Both the position numbers and the translations under genes were made by a program. A DNA stretch of 63,613 bases, the filler included, from Licmophora abbreviata (lineage: Eukaryota), in assembly GCA_900291995.1 (NCBI GenBank). It is 17 parts of 17 records of this genome, joined end to end, with 100 filler letters (N's around TTAATTAATTAA, not from the genome) between each part and the next. Parts side by side here need not be neighbours in the genome. Positions count along the whole stretch, not along the records: positions 1 to 15,779 come from OLMU01000896.1; 16 more parts are not named here. One strand, written 5' to 3'. Below, piece after piece: positions 1 through 12,829 of the stretch. Every line of letters starts with the position of its first letter. The first letter of the stretch is position 1. The notes below the pieces were generated by a model. That model saw nothing but the letters and a program-made list of their open reading frames with translations. It was not told where the DNA came from and ran no database searches.

Positions 1-205
1 GGCGAAAAGAAGGATTTGGAACGGCCTAGAAATCGCGTTCTCGCGTCTACCATCTCACACTTTTTCGTGTCACAGAAATTCACACGACTCTTTGTGTGTT
101 GACTCGACTCTCTCATCACACTCTCACAACTTTCCATTCATTCTTCTTCTGAAAGCAAAAGATTTCAGTTCATCCAAGACACGACTTAATTTTGAAGATC
201 GAAGA

Positions 206-565
206 ATGTCCAAAGACGAAGTTGAAAGCCGCCGACCCGATTCGGATGAGACTGATCGCCGACAAGACGAAGCGATCCGTCGTCTCCGAATGATAGAAGG
301 CGACAAGACCAGTGGAGATTGTCCCCGACCGTTGAGAAAACGGGGCGTCGTTTCGTTAGGCTCTTCAGAGTCCGACGCAGATGCGACGACGAGACGTAGT
401 GGGGACTTGCGGGCAGAGTTTGCGAGGAATAGAGGTTTAGAACGGAAACATACAGATCCCCAAGGAACCCTTGGACGCCAAGCGTCAACCCTGACAATCT
501 CCAGTGACCCCTGTCGCTACACATTTATCTCAGGGCAAAAGTTGTCACTCATTAGAGAGGAGTGA
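206..565 (+). CDS. Hypothetical small charged protein
   Basis: ATG-initiated open frame (MSKDEVESRR...) after a pyrimidine-rich leader; no recognisable domain. Confidence 0.3.
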   Translation: MSKDEVESRRPDSDETDRRQDEAIRRLRMIEGDKTSGDCPRPLRKRGVVSLGSSESDADATTRRSGDLRAEFARNRGLERKHTDPQGTLGRQASTLTISSDPCRYTFISGQKLSLIREE

Positions 566-739
566 GATGTCAGTGTTGAAACACTATTAGACTAGAGCTT
601 GTACACACGAAGGCTCTATTTTCAATCCCGGTTGTTCCAATCCCGGTTGTCCCCGATACCGTTTGCGACAAGTACCATGAAATTGTAATCGTATGTTAGA
701 GCTGTAATAATCCAATTGTATACTGCATGTCCATTGGAA

Positions 740-1647
740 TCATTCGCGGACGACTCGTCCATTCTCATCAAACGTCATGTGCCTTAATGGAGCAAACGAT
801 CGACGATGAATGGGGCTAGCACCGTGCTGTTGTACCAGCGCCATGTGAGCTGCCGTAGGATATCCCTTGTGCTGGGCAAGGTTGTATACCGGATAAAGGG
901 CATCATACTGTCGCATCAGGCGATCACGAGTAACCTTGGCCAAGATGGACGCCGCCGCAATCGCGTATTCTTTTGAGTCACCCTTGACGACAAAGTCAGA
1001 GTCGCAAGGCATTTCTTTAGGAAGACGATTGCCGTCCACCAATGCGAACCACTTTGGTTTCTTGCTAAGACGTTCAGGCTTCGTTTGTGCGCTGCATACG
1101 ACATAGCATCCTTTCTGCTCAATCGTTGCTTCTGACACGACGTCTTTCGGCGGACTCAGGACCCCTTGTACTGCGCGATGCATACCCTCAAGAGTGGCCT
1201 GCAGGATGTTAATTTCGTCTATGCGAGCCGCATCGATTACAGCCACAGCCCACTTCACATCAGGAGACGTCACAATTGCTTCATACAGTCGTTCTCGTTC
1301 CTCTTCTTTGGTGATTTTCTTGCTATCGACAATGCCATCAATGTTCGTGGGTACCATGGCGGCGGCAGCGACGACCGGCCCAGCAAGCGGGCCTCGACCT
1401 GCTTCGTCCACTCCCATGACCAAAAATCCCTTCGACTGCAAATTTAGTTCCAATGAGCGGCCAAGGCATGTCAATTTTGTTTTTCCCTCGTCCTCTGGTG
1501 CAACCGTAATGTCGTTTCGGAGCTGGCGGATCTCTTGGCACGCTTGGAGGGCGGCCACGAAGGATCAGCGGGAGATAGGTTTCGCTTACTGGATAATGGA
1601 GTCGCCCGCCCTCCTGCAAGACGAGCGCTTCTTCGAAGCGTAAACAT
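740..1647 (-). CDS. rnhB: Ribonuclease HII, bacterial (RnhB) type; probable 1-nt frameshift near 1515-1517
   Basis: Motifs GVDEAGRGPLAGPV, DSKK, LVDGN, KGDSK..IAAASILAKVTRD and HKGYPT..H..HRRSF. The upstream ATG at 1647 (MFTLRRSARL) joins the catalytic frame if one A is added to the A3 run. Confidence 0.93.
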
Positions 1648-2267
1648 ACTGACTGGAAATAGCGATTGGGTATATTGACAGTGCGAGATATGTGTTTCCG
1701 ATGGTTGTTTCGTAACGAATGCGACGGTGACGCGATCTCTCCCACCCAACAGCGTGGAGCTTGACCAAGTGCTGGTGAGCGTCACCAAAAAGATCAAGCA
1801 CGTGGGAAGGAGTCGCACGCTACTGTTGGCGACAGGGACGATCGTGATCGTTGTCGTCGTACATCTCTTGTCGAGGATGCATTCACCGCCCTCCACTTTC
1901 CCTCATCGTCTTCATCATCATCACGCGTCGTCGCATCGATCTGAGCCAGCGCGCGGAGGACGGACCGACGATATCCTCGCGATCAGAACTTCAATCCACA
2001 GCCAATGAAATTCCGGATTGTGGATTTCCACTTTGAGCGCCTGATTCCTTTCTTCTACTCAGTCTCCTCAGTAGGCGTCAACGATCGGATACCTTTTTCA
2101 TGGAATCTCCTTTTCGGATGGAACACGAACTCGAACTGTTCTCACCTCATGATGACGCAGTAATGTTCTTCTTTGCACGTAATTCTCAGTACAACATTAC
2201 GTAGAAACCAATCTTCTTGGAAAGATTGAGAAGCAAATCCAACCATTCTTTCGCGGTAGACGTGACG

Positions 2268-5200
2268 ATGTTATCCTCGTCGGCAGCTCGGTTGGCCGGG
2301 CGTTCGTCTCGTCATGCGGGACGTCGCGTCGTCTCGCGACGTGCCACTGGACCAGCGGCGCGCTCTGTGGCACCGACGACGGCATTTCGACGTGTAATCC
2401 CCTCGGCGAGTTACTACTCGACGGAGCGTATCTTGGAACTACGCAGTGGGCTCAAGAAAGAACAGCAGCCTAAGGCACTCTATGACCCCACGAGGGAGAC
2501 AGAGAACTGCGGTGTAGGCCTCGTGGCGTCACTCAAATCGATTGCCAGTCGGAAAGTGGTAGAGGACGCCGATGAAATGCTTGTTCGTATGAGTCATCGC
2601 GGTGGCTGCGGCTGCGACCCGGCGAGCGGAGATGGAGCTGGTAGGTATCCTTGTTCTCGCTTTCAGATGAATTTCGCTGGATAAAGCTGATTCAATTGTC
2701 TTGGTTCTCGTTTGCATTCCCCAGGCGTTTTGTTTGGTATGCCAGATTCGTTCATGCGTACCCAGGCCAAGGCACTTTTCAACGAAGAGCTTCCCGAGCA
2801 GGGCAAGTACGCTGTATCCAACGTGTTCTTTCCAAAGGGGAGCGATCAGGTGATTGAAGACTGCAAAAGTACTGTGGAACGTCTTATTCGAGAGCGTGGA
2901 CTGCGGGTTGTTGGATGGAGGCCTGTACCGGTCGACAATTCCATGTTGGGCAAGGATCCCCTCGACTCGGAACCTCTCACGGAACAACTTTTTGTGGTGA
3001 ATGATGGTCGTTACAACAACCGCGACTTTGAGCGAGAGCTCATGCGCGTTCGCAAGATGTCAGAAGACGAGGCTGCTGATATTCTAGGTCCAGAAAGCGG
3101 ATTTTACCTCAACTCGCTCACATCGCATACGATCACTTACAAGGGGCAGCTCACGCCCGAGCAGGTCTCTCAGTACTACCTCGACTTGCGCGATCCTACC
3201 TTCATCTCGCACATGGGCTTAGTCCACTCCCGTTTTTCTACCAACACCTTTCCCTCGTGGGAACGGGCCCAGCCTATTCGCATGATGTGCCACAACGGAG
3301 AAATCAACACCCTGCGCGGAAACAAGAATTGGATGTACTCCCGCGGCGGAATCATGGAGTCGGAGTTCTTTGGTGACGAGACTACGCATCTCTTGCCTGC
3401 GACCAGCGACAACTTGAGTGACAGTGGCAACTTTGACAGTGTACTCGAACTTCTTACGAAGGCCAGTGAGCGCACTCTTCCCGAGGCCGTCATGATGATG
3501 ATTCCCGAAGCGTGGCAGGACAACGACAACCTTTCTGAGTCTAAGAAGGCTTTCTACGAGTACAACTCGTGTGTTATGGAACCCTGGGACGGACCTGCCA
3601 TGGTTGCCTTTACAGATGGTCGCTACATTGGAGCTACACTTGATCGTAACGGCCTTCGCCCTTCTCGGTACTACGTCACCAAGGACGACCACGTCATGCT
3701 GTCGTCGGAGATTGGCGTGTGCCCCGACCTGCCGGACTCGGAAGTCAAGATCAAGCATCGTCTGGAACCAGGAAAGATGTTTCTGGTTGATTTCAAGACT
3801 GAGCGTATCGTTCCTGATAATGAGATCAAGGAAGAAATTGCAGCGTCGAGGCCGTATGGCGAGTGGGCGGAAAAGAATCTAGTCGATTTGTCAGGTTGGA
3901 CGAAGGAACACGGAGGCGCTCGGCCCAAAATGGATTTCACGCACACCAACAGCAAGCTCAACATGTTTGGATACAGTAGCGAGAAGCTAGAGATGCTTCT
4001 TCTCCCAATGGCCGTCGGCGGAAAGGAAGCGCTAGGAAGTATGGGCAACGATGCGGCACTCGCAGTCCTATCTGACAAGCCTCGTCAAGTGAACGACTAT
4101 TTCAAGCAACTCTTTGCGCAGGTGACGAATCCTCCTATTGATCCAATTCGGGAGGAAATTGTCATGTCGCTCGTGTGCCCCGTGGGTCCGGAAGGGAATC
4201 TGCTTTCCGAGCCAGACGAGGAGCACTGTCAACGCTTGCGAGTTAGTCACCCCGTTTTGACGCTCGAGGAAATGCGGGCGCTGAAGCATGGCGGTATCAA
4301 GCGACCCGATGGGAGCTTAGCGTTCCGCAGTGCTGTTATTGACACGACCTTTCCCGTTGGCTCCGGACCTGACGGTATGCTACAGGCACTGGAGCGCATT
4401 TGTGACGAGGCTGCACAAGCAATCCAAGGAGGGTTCGGGGAGAAAGGTGTGGAAGGAGTGATCCTGTCGGATCGTCTTTCTGGTCCAGACCGTATGGCAC
4501 TTCCTTCGCTTGTTGCTGTCGGCGCAGTCCACCAGCATCTCTTAAAGACTAAACAAAGACCCAAGGCCGCGATATTCGCAGAAGCCGGTGATGCCAAAGA
4601 GGTTCATGATTTTGCAACAATTTTTGGATTTGGTTGCGACGGCGTGTGCCCTTACGTCGCCTACGAGGCTCTCTGCAAGATGAACTCAGAAGGCTTGATG
4701 GAGGCCAAAGCGAAGCGAGAGTTTAGCGACGACGAAATTATAAGGAACTACCGTAAGGCTGCTGCGAAGGGACTTCTTAAGGTGATGAGCAAGATGGGCA
4801 TCTCAACTCTTCAGAGTTACAAGGGTGCTCAGGTATTCGAGGCCGTGGGTCTTGCCGATGAAGTCGTGGATCGTTGCTTCACCGGAACCACGACGCGTAT
4901 CCAGGGAACTGATTTCGAGGCATTGTACCGTGACCTCGAGAAGTTCCATGAAAGTGCGTTTCCGCACCACACGGAAGGTCTGCTGGTTCGAAGCGATGGA
5001 CAATTTCATTATCGTGATGGAGGTGAGGCACATCTCAACACTCCATCAGGCATGGTGAATATGCAGGTAAGAAAATCTTTCTCGGTCCCTGTCTGCGAAC
5101 CTCCGTCTCCACAAACTAACCCTGCTTTCAACTTTCGTCCATTCGATAGATTGCCGCTCGTACCAACTCTCGTGAGGCGTTCAAGGAATTCTCTCGCCTG

Positions 5201-7204
5201 ACGAACGAACAAAACAAGAAAGTCACCCTCCGCGGCCAACTAAAGTTCAAGTTTGATCCATCCCGTGCTGTGCCCCTGGATGAGGTTGAACCCGTTAGTG
5301 AAATTGTGAAGCGTTTCGCCACAGGCGCCATGTCGCTTGGCTCTATTAGCCAAGAAGCACATGAGACCCTTGCAATGGCAATGAACGCACTTGGGGGGCG
5401 CTCGAACACAGGGGAGGGAGGCGAAGACCCCAAGCGTTTCACTGACAATCGTCGCTCGAGCATCAAGCAGGTAGCGTCGGGACGCTTCGGTGTTACGTCG
5501 CACTACCTCGCGAACAGCGACCAAATCCAGATCAAAATGGCGCAAGGAGCGAAGCCTGGAGAGGGCGGCGAGCTTCCTGGTTTTAAAGTCTCTGAATATA
5601 TCGCTAACAACCGACACACCACTCCTGGTGTGGGTCTCATTTCCCCCCCACCCCATCACGACATCTACTCGATCGAAGATCTCGCCCAACTTATTCATGA
5701 CTTGAAGAATGCTCAGCCGACTGGCGAGGTTTCTGTCAAGCTTGTCTCCGAAGTTGGTGTCGGAGTCGTGGCAGCAGGCGTCGCAAAGGCTCTGTCGGAC
5801 CATATCACCATTAGCGGCCACGACGGAGGAACGGGTGCTGCAGCCTGGACCGGAGTTAAAGGAGCTGGTCTTCCATGGGAACTTGGACTTGCCGAGACCC
5901 AGCAAACACTTGTACTGAATGGTCTCCGTGACAGAATCAAGCTCCAGACGGACGGTCAGATCAAGACGGGCCGTGATGTCGCAATCGCCTGTCTCCTGGG
6001 CGCAGAAGAATATGGGTTTGCCACGGCTCCTTTGATCGCCATGGGCTGTATCATGATGCGGAAGTGCCACTTGAATACGTGTCCAGTCGGCATTGCCACG
6101 CAAGACGAAGAGCTCCGTCGGAAGTTTTCGGGCCAGCCCGAGCACGTTATGAACTATTTCTTCTTGATGGCCGAAGACATTCGTGAGATCATGGCAAAGC
6201 TTGGATACAGGAAGATGGAAGACATGATTGGCCAGACCCAGCACCTTGAAGTCAACCAGCGTGGCCTAAACTACAAGAGCCGTGGGCTCGATCTGAGTCC
6301 TCTCCTAACTCCTGCCTCGGAGCTGAATCCGTCTGCTGGTATCCGCAATCTTACGACGCAGTACCATGGGCTTGATGTCGCAAAGGACAACGTTCTCATC
6401 GAGAAGTCAAAGGCAGCCCTCGAGAGTGGAACACCTGTCGAGTTCAATGAAGTTTGCACCAATCTCAACCGCACATTGGGAACTATGCTCTCATATGAAG
6501 TGTCCAAGCGATATGGAAAAGAGGGCTTGCCTGACGACACAATCAAGATTAACCTCACGGGCCACGGTGGACAGTCATTCGGCTTTACTCTGGCGAAGGG
6601 CATCACTGTACGCGTAGAGGGTGACGCGAACGATTACACCGGGAAAGGTTTGTCTGGTGGAAAGATTGCGGTATACCCTCAACCCGAGGTTGTCGCAGAT
6701 GGTTTCAAGCCCGAGGAGCACGTTGTGGTCGGAAATGTATGTCTTTACGGCGCTACTGCTGGAAAGGCCTTCTTCCGCGGAAAAGCCGGCGAGCGCTTCT
6801 GTGTTCGGAACTCGGGTGCTCTCGCTGTTGTCGAGGGTGTCGGGGATCACGGGTCGGAGTACATGACCGGTGGGGTTGTCGTTTGCCTGGGTGAAACGGG
6901 CCGAAACTACGCAGCAGGCATGAGTGGTGGGGTCGCCTACATCTACGACCCCGAGGGCAAGTTTCCAGCTCGCTGCAACATGGGTTTGGTGGGTTTGGAG
7001 ACGATCGACACTGAGGCGGAAAAGGAAGAGGTTTACGGATATATCCAAGAGCACGTGGAGTACACAGGAAGCTCCGTCGGCCAAGAAATGCTTGAAAATT
7101 GGGACACTCACGTGAAACAGTTCGTCAAGGTGATGCCACATGATTACAAGAGAGTGCTCGAGGAGAGAGCGGCCGCTGCTGGCGAAGGCGCGCAGGCTGC
7201 CTAA
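2268..7204 (+). CDS. gltB: Glutamate synthase (GOGAT) large/alpha subunit with mitochondrial-like presequence; introns 2641-2724 and 5067-5149
   Basis: N-terminal nucleophile [40 protein letters not shown], 3Fe-4S motif [18 protein letters not shown] domain. GT-AG introns join the frames; second intron has a CTAAC branch site. Confidence 0.97.
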
Positions 7205-7340
7205 GCGTTTTGTCGTTGCCGTGTGGTGTTTTGAAGGTGCAACTGTGATTTTCTCTTGTCCAACTCCATACGCCAAGTCGTTGTTTAGACAAATCGTTGT
7301 TTAGGTCAATTATATTTGCTTCTACTGTTACGGTTAGGTG

Positions 7341-9178
7341 CTAGTTGATTCGAAACGTCCCTTCCTTCAAGCTCTTCATATCTTTACGTTGTCCTCGTCC
7401 TCGGTTGTGGTTGTGGTTGTCTTTCTTGCCTCCGCCTCTTCCCCCTCTCTTCCCACCGGAAGAGCGAGGTAAGAACGGGGCAATGATCGGGTTGGGGTAA
7501 TCTACTCCAAGACGAACGCCATACTCCATCTGCTGAAACTGAGTCATCTTCCACGGCTCATGAATCAGCTCCGTCGGAAGATCTTTGAGTTCCGGTAGCC
7601 AATGCTTGACGTACTCCCCATGGCAGTCGTAGTCTTTACTCTGCTTGACAATATTAAAACGATTTAGCCTCCCACCCGTCATTCCGGCACCTAGAAAATA
7701 CAGGAGAGACAGAGTGAGTAATTCTCTGCGGGGTCATGCTTTATCGCAAACACAAGGAACAACTTACCGGCGCACCAGTTCCCCCAGTTCGAATGTACGT
7801 CGTAGTCAAGCAAGACGCTTTCAAAGTAATCCGCGCCGTACCTCCAGTCCTGATTCATGTCGATGGCCAGAAACGAGCACACGTTCTGCCGACCACGGTT
7901 CGACATAAAGCCCGTTGCTGCTAGCTCTCGCATATTGGCATCCACCAAGGGATAGCCCGTTCTTCCCTCTTTCCATGCACGCACATGGCGAGCATCATAC
8001 CCCCACTTCTTATCCGATCCGACAGTTCCTTCTCGGAAAAAGATGGCGTTTCCATGTTTCAAGGCGAAAAACTTGAAAAAGTCTCGCCACAACAGCTCAA
8101 ATACTACCCAATAGGTGCTCTTGTTTGCTACTCGTGCCTGTTCATACTTGCGACACTGTTGTGCGATGTACCGAGGCGAGACACATCCATGAGCGAGCCA
8201 AGGGGCAAACTTTGTTGAGTAGTCCGCACCAAGCATGCCATTTCGTGTGTCAAAGTAGACTTTCAACAGATCCTTTTCCCAGATGTAGTCGTTGACACGC
8301 TGCAACGCGGCCGTCTCACCGCCCTGAAATGCCATGACACCCCGCGGGTCGAGTGTAGTCGCCTCCTCAACCTGTTCCTCGGTGTACCCGAGTTCCTGCA
8401 ATGTGGGCATGTAGTCAAGCCCACAGCTCGGCCCAAGCTGTTTGTTTTTCCACGAATCGTCCAACTTCATTTGCAAGGGCGGAGAGAGCGGCGCATGAAT
8501 TTCACAATTCTTTTCCACCTTGTTTCGAAAGGGTGTAAAGGTGTCAGGAATACCAGATGCATTGTCCTTAAAGGGCAAGTCGCTTAGGCTATAAAGCGTC
8601 GACCCCCATGTGGTGTGAAGCTGCGCTTGCGGGTTGTGTCTTTTTAGCATGGATCGGACCTTCTTGTCGACACGTAGCTCTTCACTGCACACTTCTTCCT
8701 GACAGGTGACGTGTGGTATCGTCGTCGAACCCGTTGTTGACACCAATCGCTCGAGGACATCTTCAGGCTTTCCATGTGCAACGAGCAACCTGCCGCCTCG
8801 TTTCTCCAGCTGCAACCTTAAATCCGACACGCTTTCCAAAATAAACTTTGCTCGAAGCGGACCGCATTTCAACGAGCCAAAAGACGAACGCGCGCCGTCG
8901 CCAAACACACGCGGGTCGAGACATACGAGAGGCAGAACTGAAGCGCTCTGTTTCTGCTTGGCGAGCTCAAGACAGCTATGAAGGGCAGGATTATCGTGAA
9001 GTCGCAAATCGCCCAATCGAAACCAATGAATAAACATGTTGGCGCTCATCGAAGTACTGGTGCTACTTGATGAGACGCTGTACACGGGCTTGCCTGCGGA
9101 AGAAACAAGACCTTGACCGACGCGAGCCATCATGAGAAGCAACAATAAGAATCTACCCAAACGCGGCTGCACTCTCAT
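7341..9178 (-). CDS. Cryptochrome DASH (photolyase family); intron 7691-7767
   Basis: WFRLGDLRLHDNPAL, YFDTRNGMLG.DYSTKFAPWLAHGCVSPR, TGFMSNRGRQN, DYDVHSNWGNW; spliced to FNIVKQSKDYD. Confidence 0.94.
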
Positions 9179-9495
9179 GTGATATCTCTCACAGAAGTAG
9201 CTTGGTCGCAATGAAGCTATTCTACGAAAGAGCTACAACTCGCAACAGCACAATGTTTACAATCAATGAGCTGTCTTTTTGTCCTCTGGAGGTGCCGCTG
9301 AATCATCATCTTGTAGACCTTCCGCGGCAAATTGTGAGCTGGAAAAAAGGACGATGACGTGTTCGCGGAGAAATATCATCACGTTTTATAACTTATGGCT
9401 CAGTCGACTGAGAATCTAGACACCTCACCAAAAAGTTGGAGCGCCGTGAGTCTCCTCGCGACCATGACAGCGTATCGGCAAGACGAAATTGAGAC

Positions 9496-10617
9496 ATGAG
9501 CAAGCGAGACCGCTGGGATTCCTCATCAGAGGATGAACAGGACGAAGCAATGGAGTCAATTCCGACCGCCGGCGAAACAAAACCGAACGATCGGACTCCA
9601 AAACCGGCGACAAAGCTGCACTCCCCGCTTCCACTACACAATCCATTGCTGCAAGGCTGTCGGAGCGTGTATACTTCCTATGAACGTATCTCCCATGTCG
9701 ATGAAGGCACGTATGGTGTCGTTTGGAAGGCTCGTGACTTTGCGACGCAAGAAATTGTCGCACTCAAGCAAATTAAATTTGATACCGATCTCACCAAGAA
9801 CGAGGGATTTCCCGTCGCTGCTCTTCGTGAAATCAGTGTGCTGCTGCAGCTACAACACGAGAACATCGTGGGTGTTAGAGAAATGGTTGTGGGACAAGCA
9901 CTTGACAAGGTATTCATGGTGATGGAATTCTTTCGGATGGACTTGAAAGAGGCTATGAAGCTGTCGGCGTCGCCCTTCTCCCAGTCGGAACTCAAAAGCA
10001 TGCTGCATCAGATCTTGTCTGGGACGAAGCACATTCATGAGAAATGGCTATTGCATCGGGACTTGAAAACAAGCAATATACTCGTGCATACCACGGGACG
10101 GATTGCACTGTGTGATTTTGGACTCGCGCGAAAATATGAAGATCCGCTCCAACCATTGACCCAAATGGTCATTACGTTGTGGTACCGACCGCCTGAGCTC
10201 TTGTTAGGAGAACGGGTCTACGGGACCTCAGTCGACATGTGGAGTATTGGATGTATTTTTGGGGAGCTCATCGCCAAGAATGCGATTCTACAGGGACAAG
10301 GAGAACTCGACCAAATCGACAAGATCTTTCGATTGGTGGGTATTCCGAATGAGCAGAACTGGCCAGGTTACGACAAGTTGCCCAATGCAGGAATCTTCCG
10401 ATGGAAATCTCGGAAAGAGGGGCCACAGCTCGCAAGCACTTTTCCAGTAAACTCATATGCGGGTGGACAGACGTTCTTGGATGGAAATGGATTCGATCTC
10501 TTGTCCAAACTACTAACGCTGGATCCGACGTCGCGTATCTCAGCTGACAAGGCATTGAAGCACCGATACTTTCAAGAAGGCGTCAAACAGGAAACGCCGT
10601 CTTTTATCTTTGACTAG
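9496..10617 (+). CDS. Cyclin-dependent kinase, CDK10/CDK11 (PITSLRE/CDKG) type
   Basis: GCRSV..YE, EGTYGVV, FPVAALRE, HRDLKTSN, DFGLAR, TLWYRPPELLLG; single exon. Confidence 0.93.
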   Translation: MSKRDRWDSSSEDEQDEAMESIPTAGETKPNDRTPKPATKLHSPLPLHNPLLQGCRSVYTSYERISHVDEGTYGVVWKARDFATQEIVALKQIKFDTDLTKNEGFPVAALREISVLLQLQHENIVGVREMVVGQALDKVFMVMEFFRMDLKEAMKLSASPFSQSELKSMLHQILSGTKHIHEKWLLHRDLKTSNILVHTTGRIALCDFGLARKYEDPLQPLTQMVITLWYRPPELLLGERVYGTSVDMWSIGCIFGELIAKNAILQGQGELDQIDKIFRLVGIPNEQNWPGYDKLPNAGIFRWKSRKEGPQLASTFPVNSYAGGQTFLDGNGFDLLSKLLTLDPTSRISADKALKHRYFQEGVKQETPSFIFD

Positions 10618-10628
10618 AGAATAAAGCG

Positions 10629-12829
10629 CTAGGTTGCGGTTGGGGCCGATTTGCCAATGTTCTGTTTCGGTTCAGAGACGAGCATTTTCCGAAACTTATT
10701 TCCGGTCACGTTCCGAGTCCAGTTTGCAGGAAGCTGATCGATGCTGATCATGTTCAATGCTAGTTCGGCACTCGGAAAAAGACGATCAAGAAGATCGTGG
10801 GATGGGGCAGCACGTCGCATGGCAAGCACAACCAATCGGCTGACCTCGCCAGATTTGCAGGCCCTTGTAAAGATTTGTTCCAACATTTGTCGTCGTTCAG
10901 CTGATTTATCCCCTGTCGCTTTCCCAACGACGTTTAAAATGCTTGCGTACGTCATATGGTCGGGGGCGAGCCCGAGCTTAAACGTGTCATTCTCAATTTC
11001 CGAGTACGTGCGAAGGGCGAGCAGGTAGGGGTCGTCGTCACTCTCAGAGCTGCTTGTAAAACCAGTGGTCGTTGTCATCGATGCATCTACGCTTTCAACT
11101 TTTCGGTCTGCAGCCTGGATCACTGCCCCAAACGACAACAAGTCAGGACCTTTCTTCAAATTTCCGGACTTGTGCTTGTCGAGTAGGCGATCCAACAGTC
11201 GCCGTGTTCGTGCAACGCGATCGCCTGCGTCCGATCGCGACCATCCAATCATGACCGCAGTGTACGACTCCAGGTCTGGTTCAATATCCAGCGCCCGTTC
11301 CTCCGAGATACTGTACATAAGATTCAGCAGTTCTTCTGCTTTTGATGCTGACTCAGTATCTATCGCTCCAAACCGTGACCAAGCGTTTAGTACGGTGTCA
11401 AAGCTTAGACGATTTGGCATTGGAGTCCATCTCGCTGTGTTGATATCGCCTGCGGATCTCACTTCCAACATACGCTCCAGCAGAGCCTCAGCACGATAGG
11501 CTGCTTCGTGCGAATTCGACTTTGCCCAAGCACCCAAACACGCGTTAAATGTAGAAACAGTGGGATAGAGGTCCATCGCATTCGAGTTCTCTGACCTCTG
11601 AGCATACTCTACCATCTTCCATAAGAGCACCTCCGCATGCTCTGCCATATCCGTACTCAATTGGGGCTTACGAATGGAATTCGCCTTTTGTGCCCACGCA
11701 TGAATCACATTTGTCAAAACTATTGAATCAGGTCTAATCCCCCGATTCATCATTTCCCGCCACAACTGTTCGGCCATCGCGGCGTCCCACGACGTATGCG
11801 CCGAGATGACGGTTGAGTAGGCCTCGAGGTTGGGAGTGACAATAATTCGCTGGTTCTTGGATGGATCAGTGGTGTTGTAGAGAGTTTGGAATTCTAATTG
11901 ATATTCCTTTCTGTCTTGTGCGTGTTGTTCTTTCATCCATTGCAGTATTCTTCGCGTTTCCCGCGCCGCGGTTGGAGTATCGGCGTTTGCATACGCTGTC
12001 ATCAACAAGACGTAACTGGCATTGTTAGGTTGAGTCCGATATTGGTGTTGCGTCTGTTTTTTCTGCATCGTCTGAAATATTCTCATGGCCTCATAGGTAG
12101 CTGTGTGAGGGTGGCGTCCAGCACTCTTGGCGTAGCCACGAAGAATGGTGTTGAAAGTCTTGGTGGTGGGCTTGCAGGGACTTTGTCGGGAAGAGCGCAT
12201 ACCATCAGTAGATTGTGCCGGGAAGTGACGGAATCGATCATGCTCAGACTCGGCAATCATTAGAAAAAGCAGCTCCATGGCTTTGTATTTGAAGTCTTTC
12301 AAACTTATGCGATTGTATTGGAAATCGAGGGCCCAGCCAAACAGGAGCTTTTCGACGACATGCGCCGGCAAGAGTTGGGGGTCACGTCGCAAGTGCTTTT
12401 CACGAATCGCTCGTTCCAGCAAGTCCTCCGCCTTCTGCATGGCGTGTTTCGTTCTTAATTCAAAGCACTTGTTCATTAGATCGGGAATGAGATATGCAAT
12501 ATCATTTCGATGCAGTTCTCCCATGGGTACATCCAGAACTTGTTGCACTTGGCCGTACACCGGCTCCTGCCAGTCCATGGAAAGTCGGGATATGATGCCT
12601 TCATCTAATGAACTACCGTCTTGGCCTAGAGTGGAAAATGCTCTCTGTTTCTGCAAGTCGACAAAGATGGATCTGATACGGGTCGTGAAAGTGATGGAGC
12701 ACTGGTGATGATGAGGTTTATTCCATTGTTCGATATCAGGGAGGTGAAAGCTGCTGCTGTGACTCTTGGGGTTGACCCAGTCATCTTTCGGGTACACAAA
12801 CGAGTCAAACGTATCCTACTGGAGTTCAT
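10629..12829 (-). CDS. Pentatricopeptide-repeat (PPR) protein, probably organellar; 5' end probably frameshifted
   Basis: Repeated ~35-45 aa units (PTTKTFNTILRGYA, PNNASYVLLMTAYA, PDSIVLTNVIHAWA, PTVSTFNACLGAWA, PDLESYTAVMIGWS). ATG at 12829 gives an Arg/Ser/Thr-rich presequence in another frame. Confidence 0.85.

Noticed and set aside
623..650. Tandem CAATCCCGGTTGT x2
   Set aside because: Only two copies and no spacer structure; trivial local duplication
5240..7276. Long antisense ORFs (334 aa and 233 aa) opposite GOGAT
   Set aside because: Shadow frames of a conserved, codon-biased gene; no independent motifs
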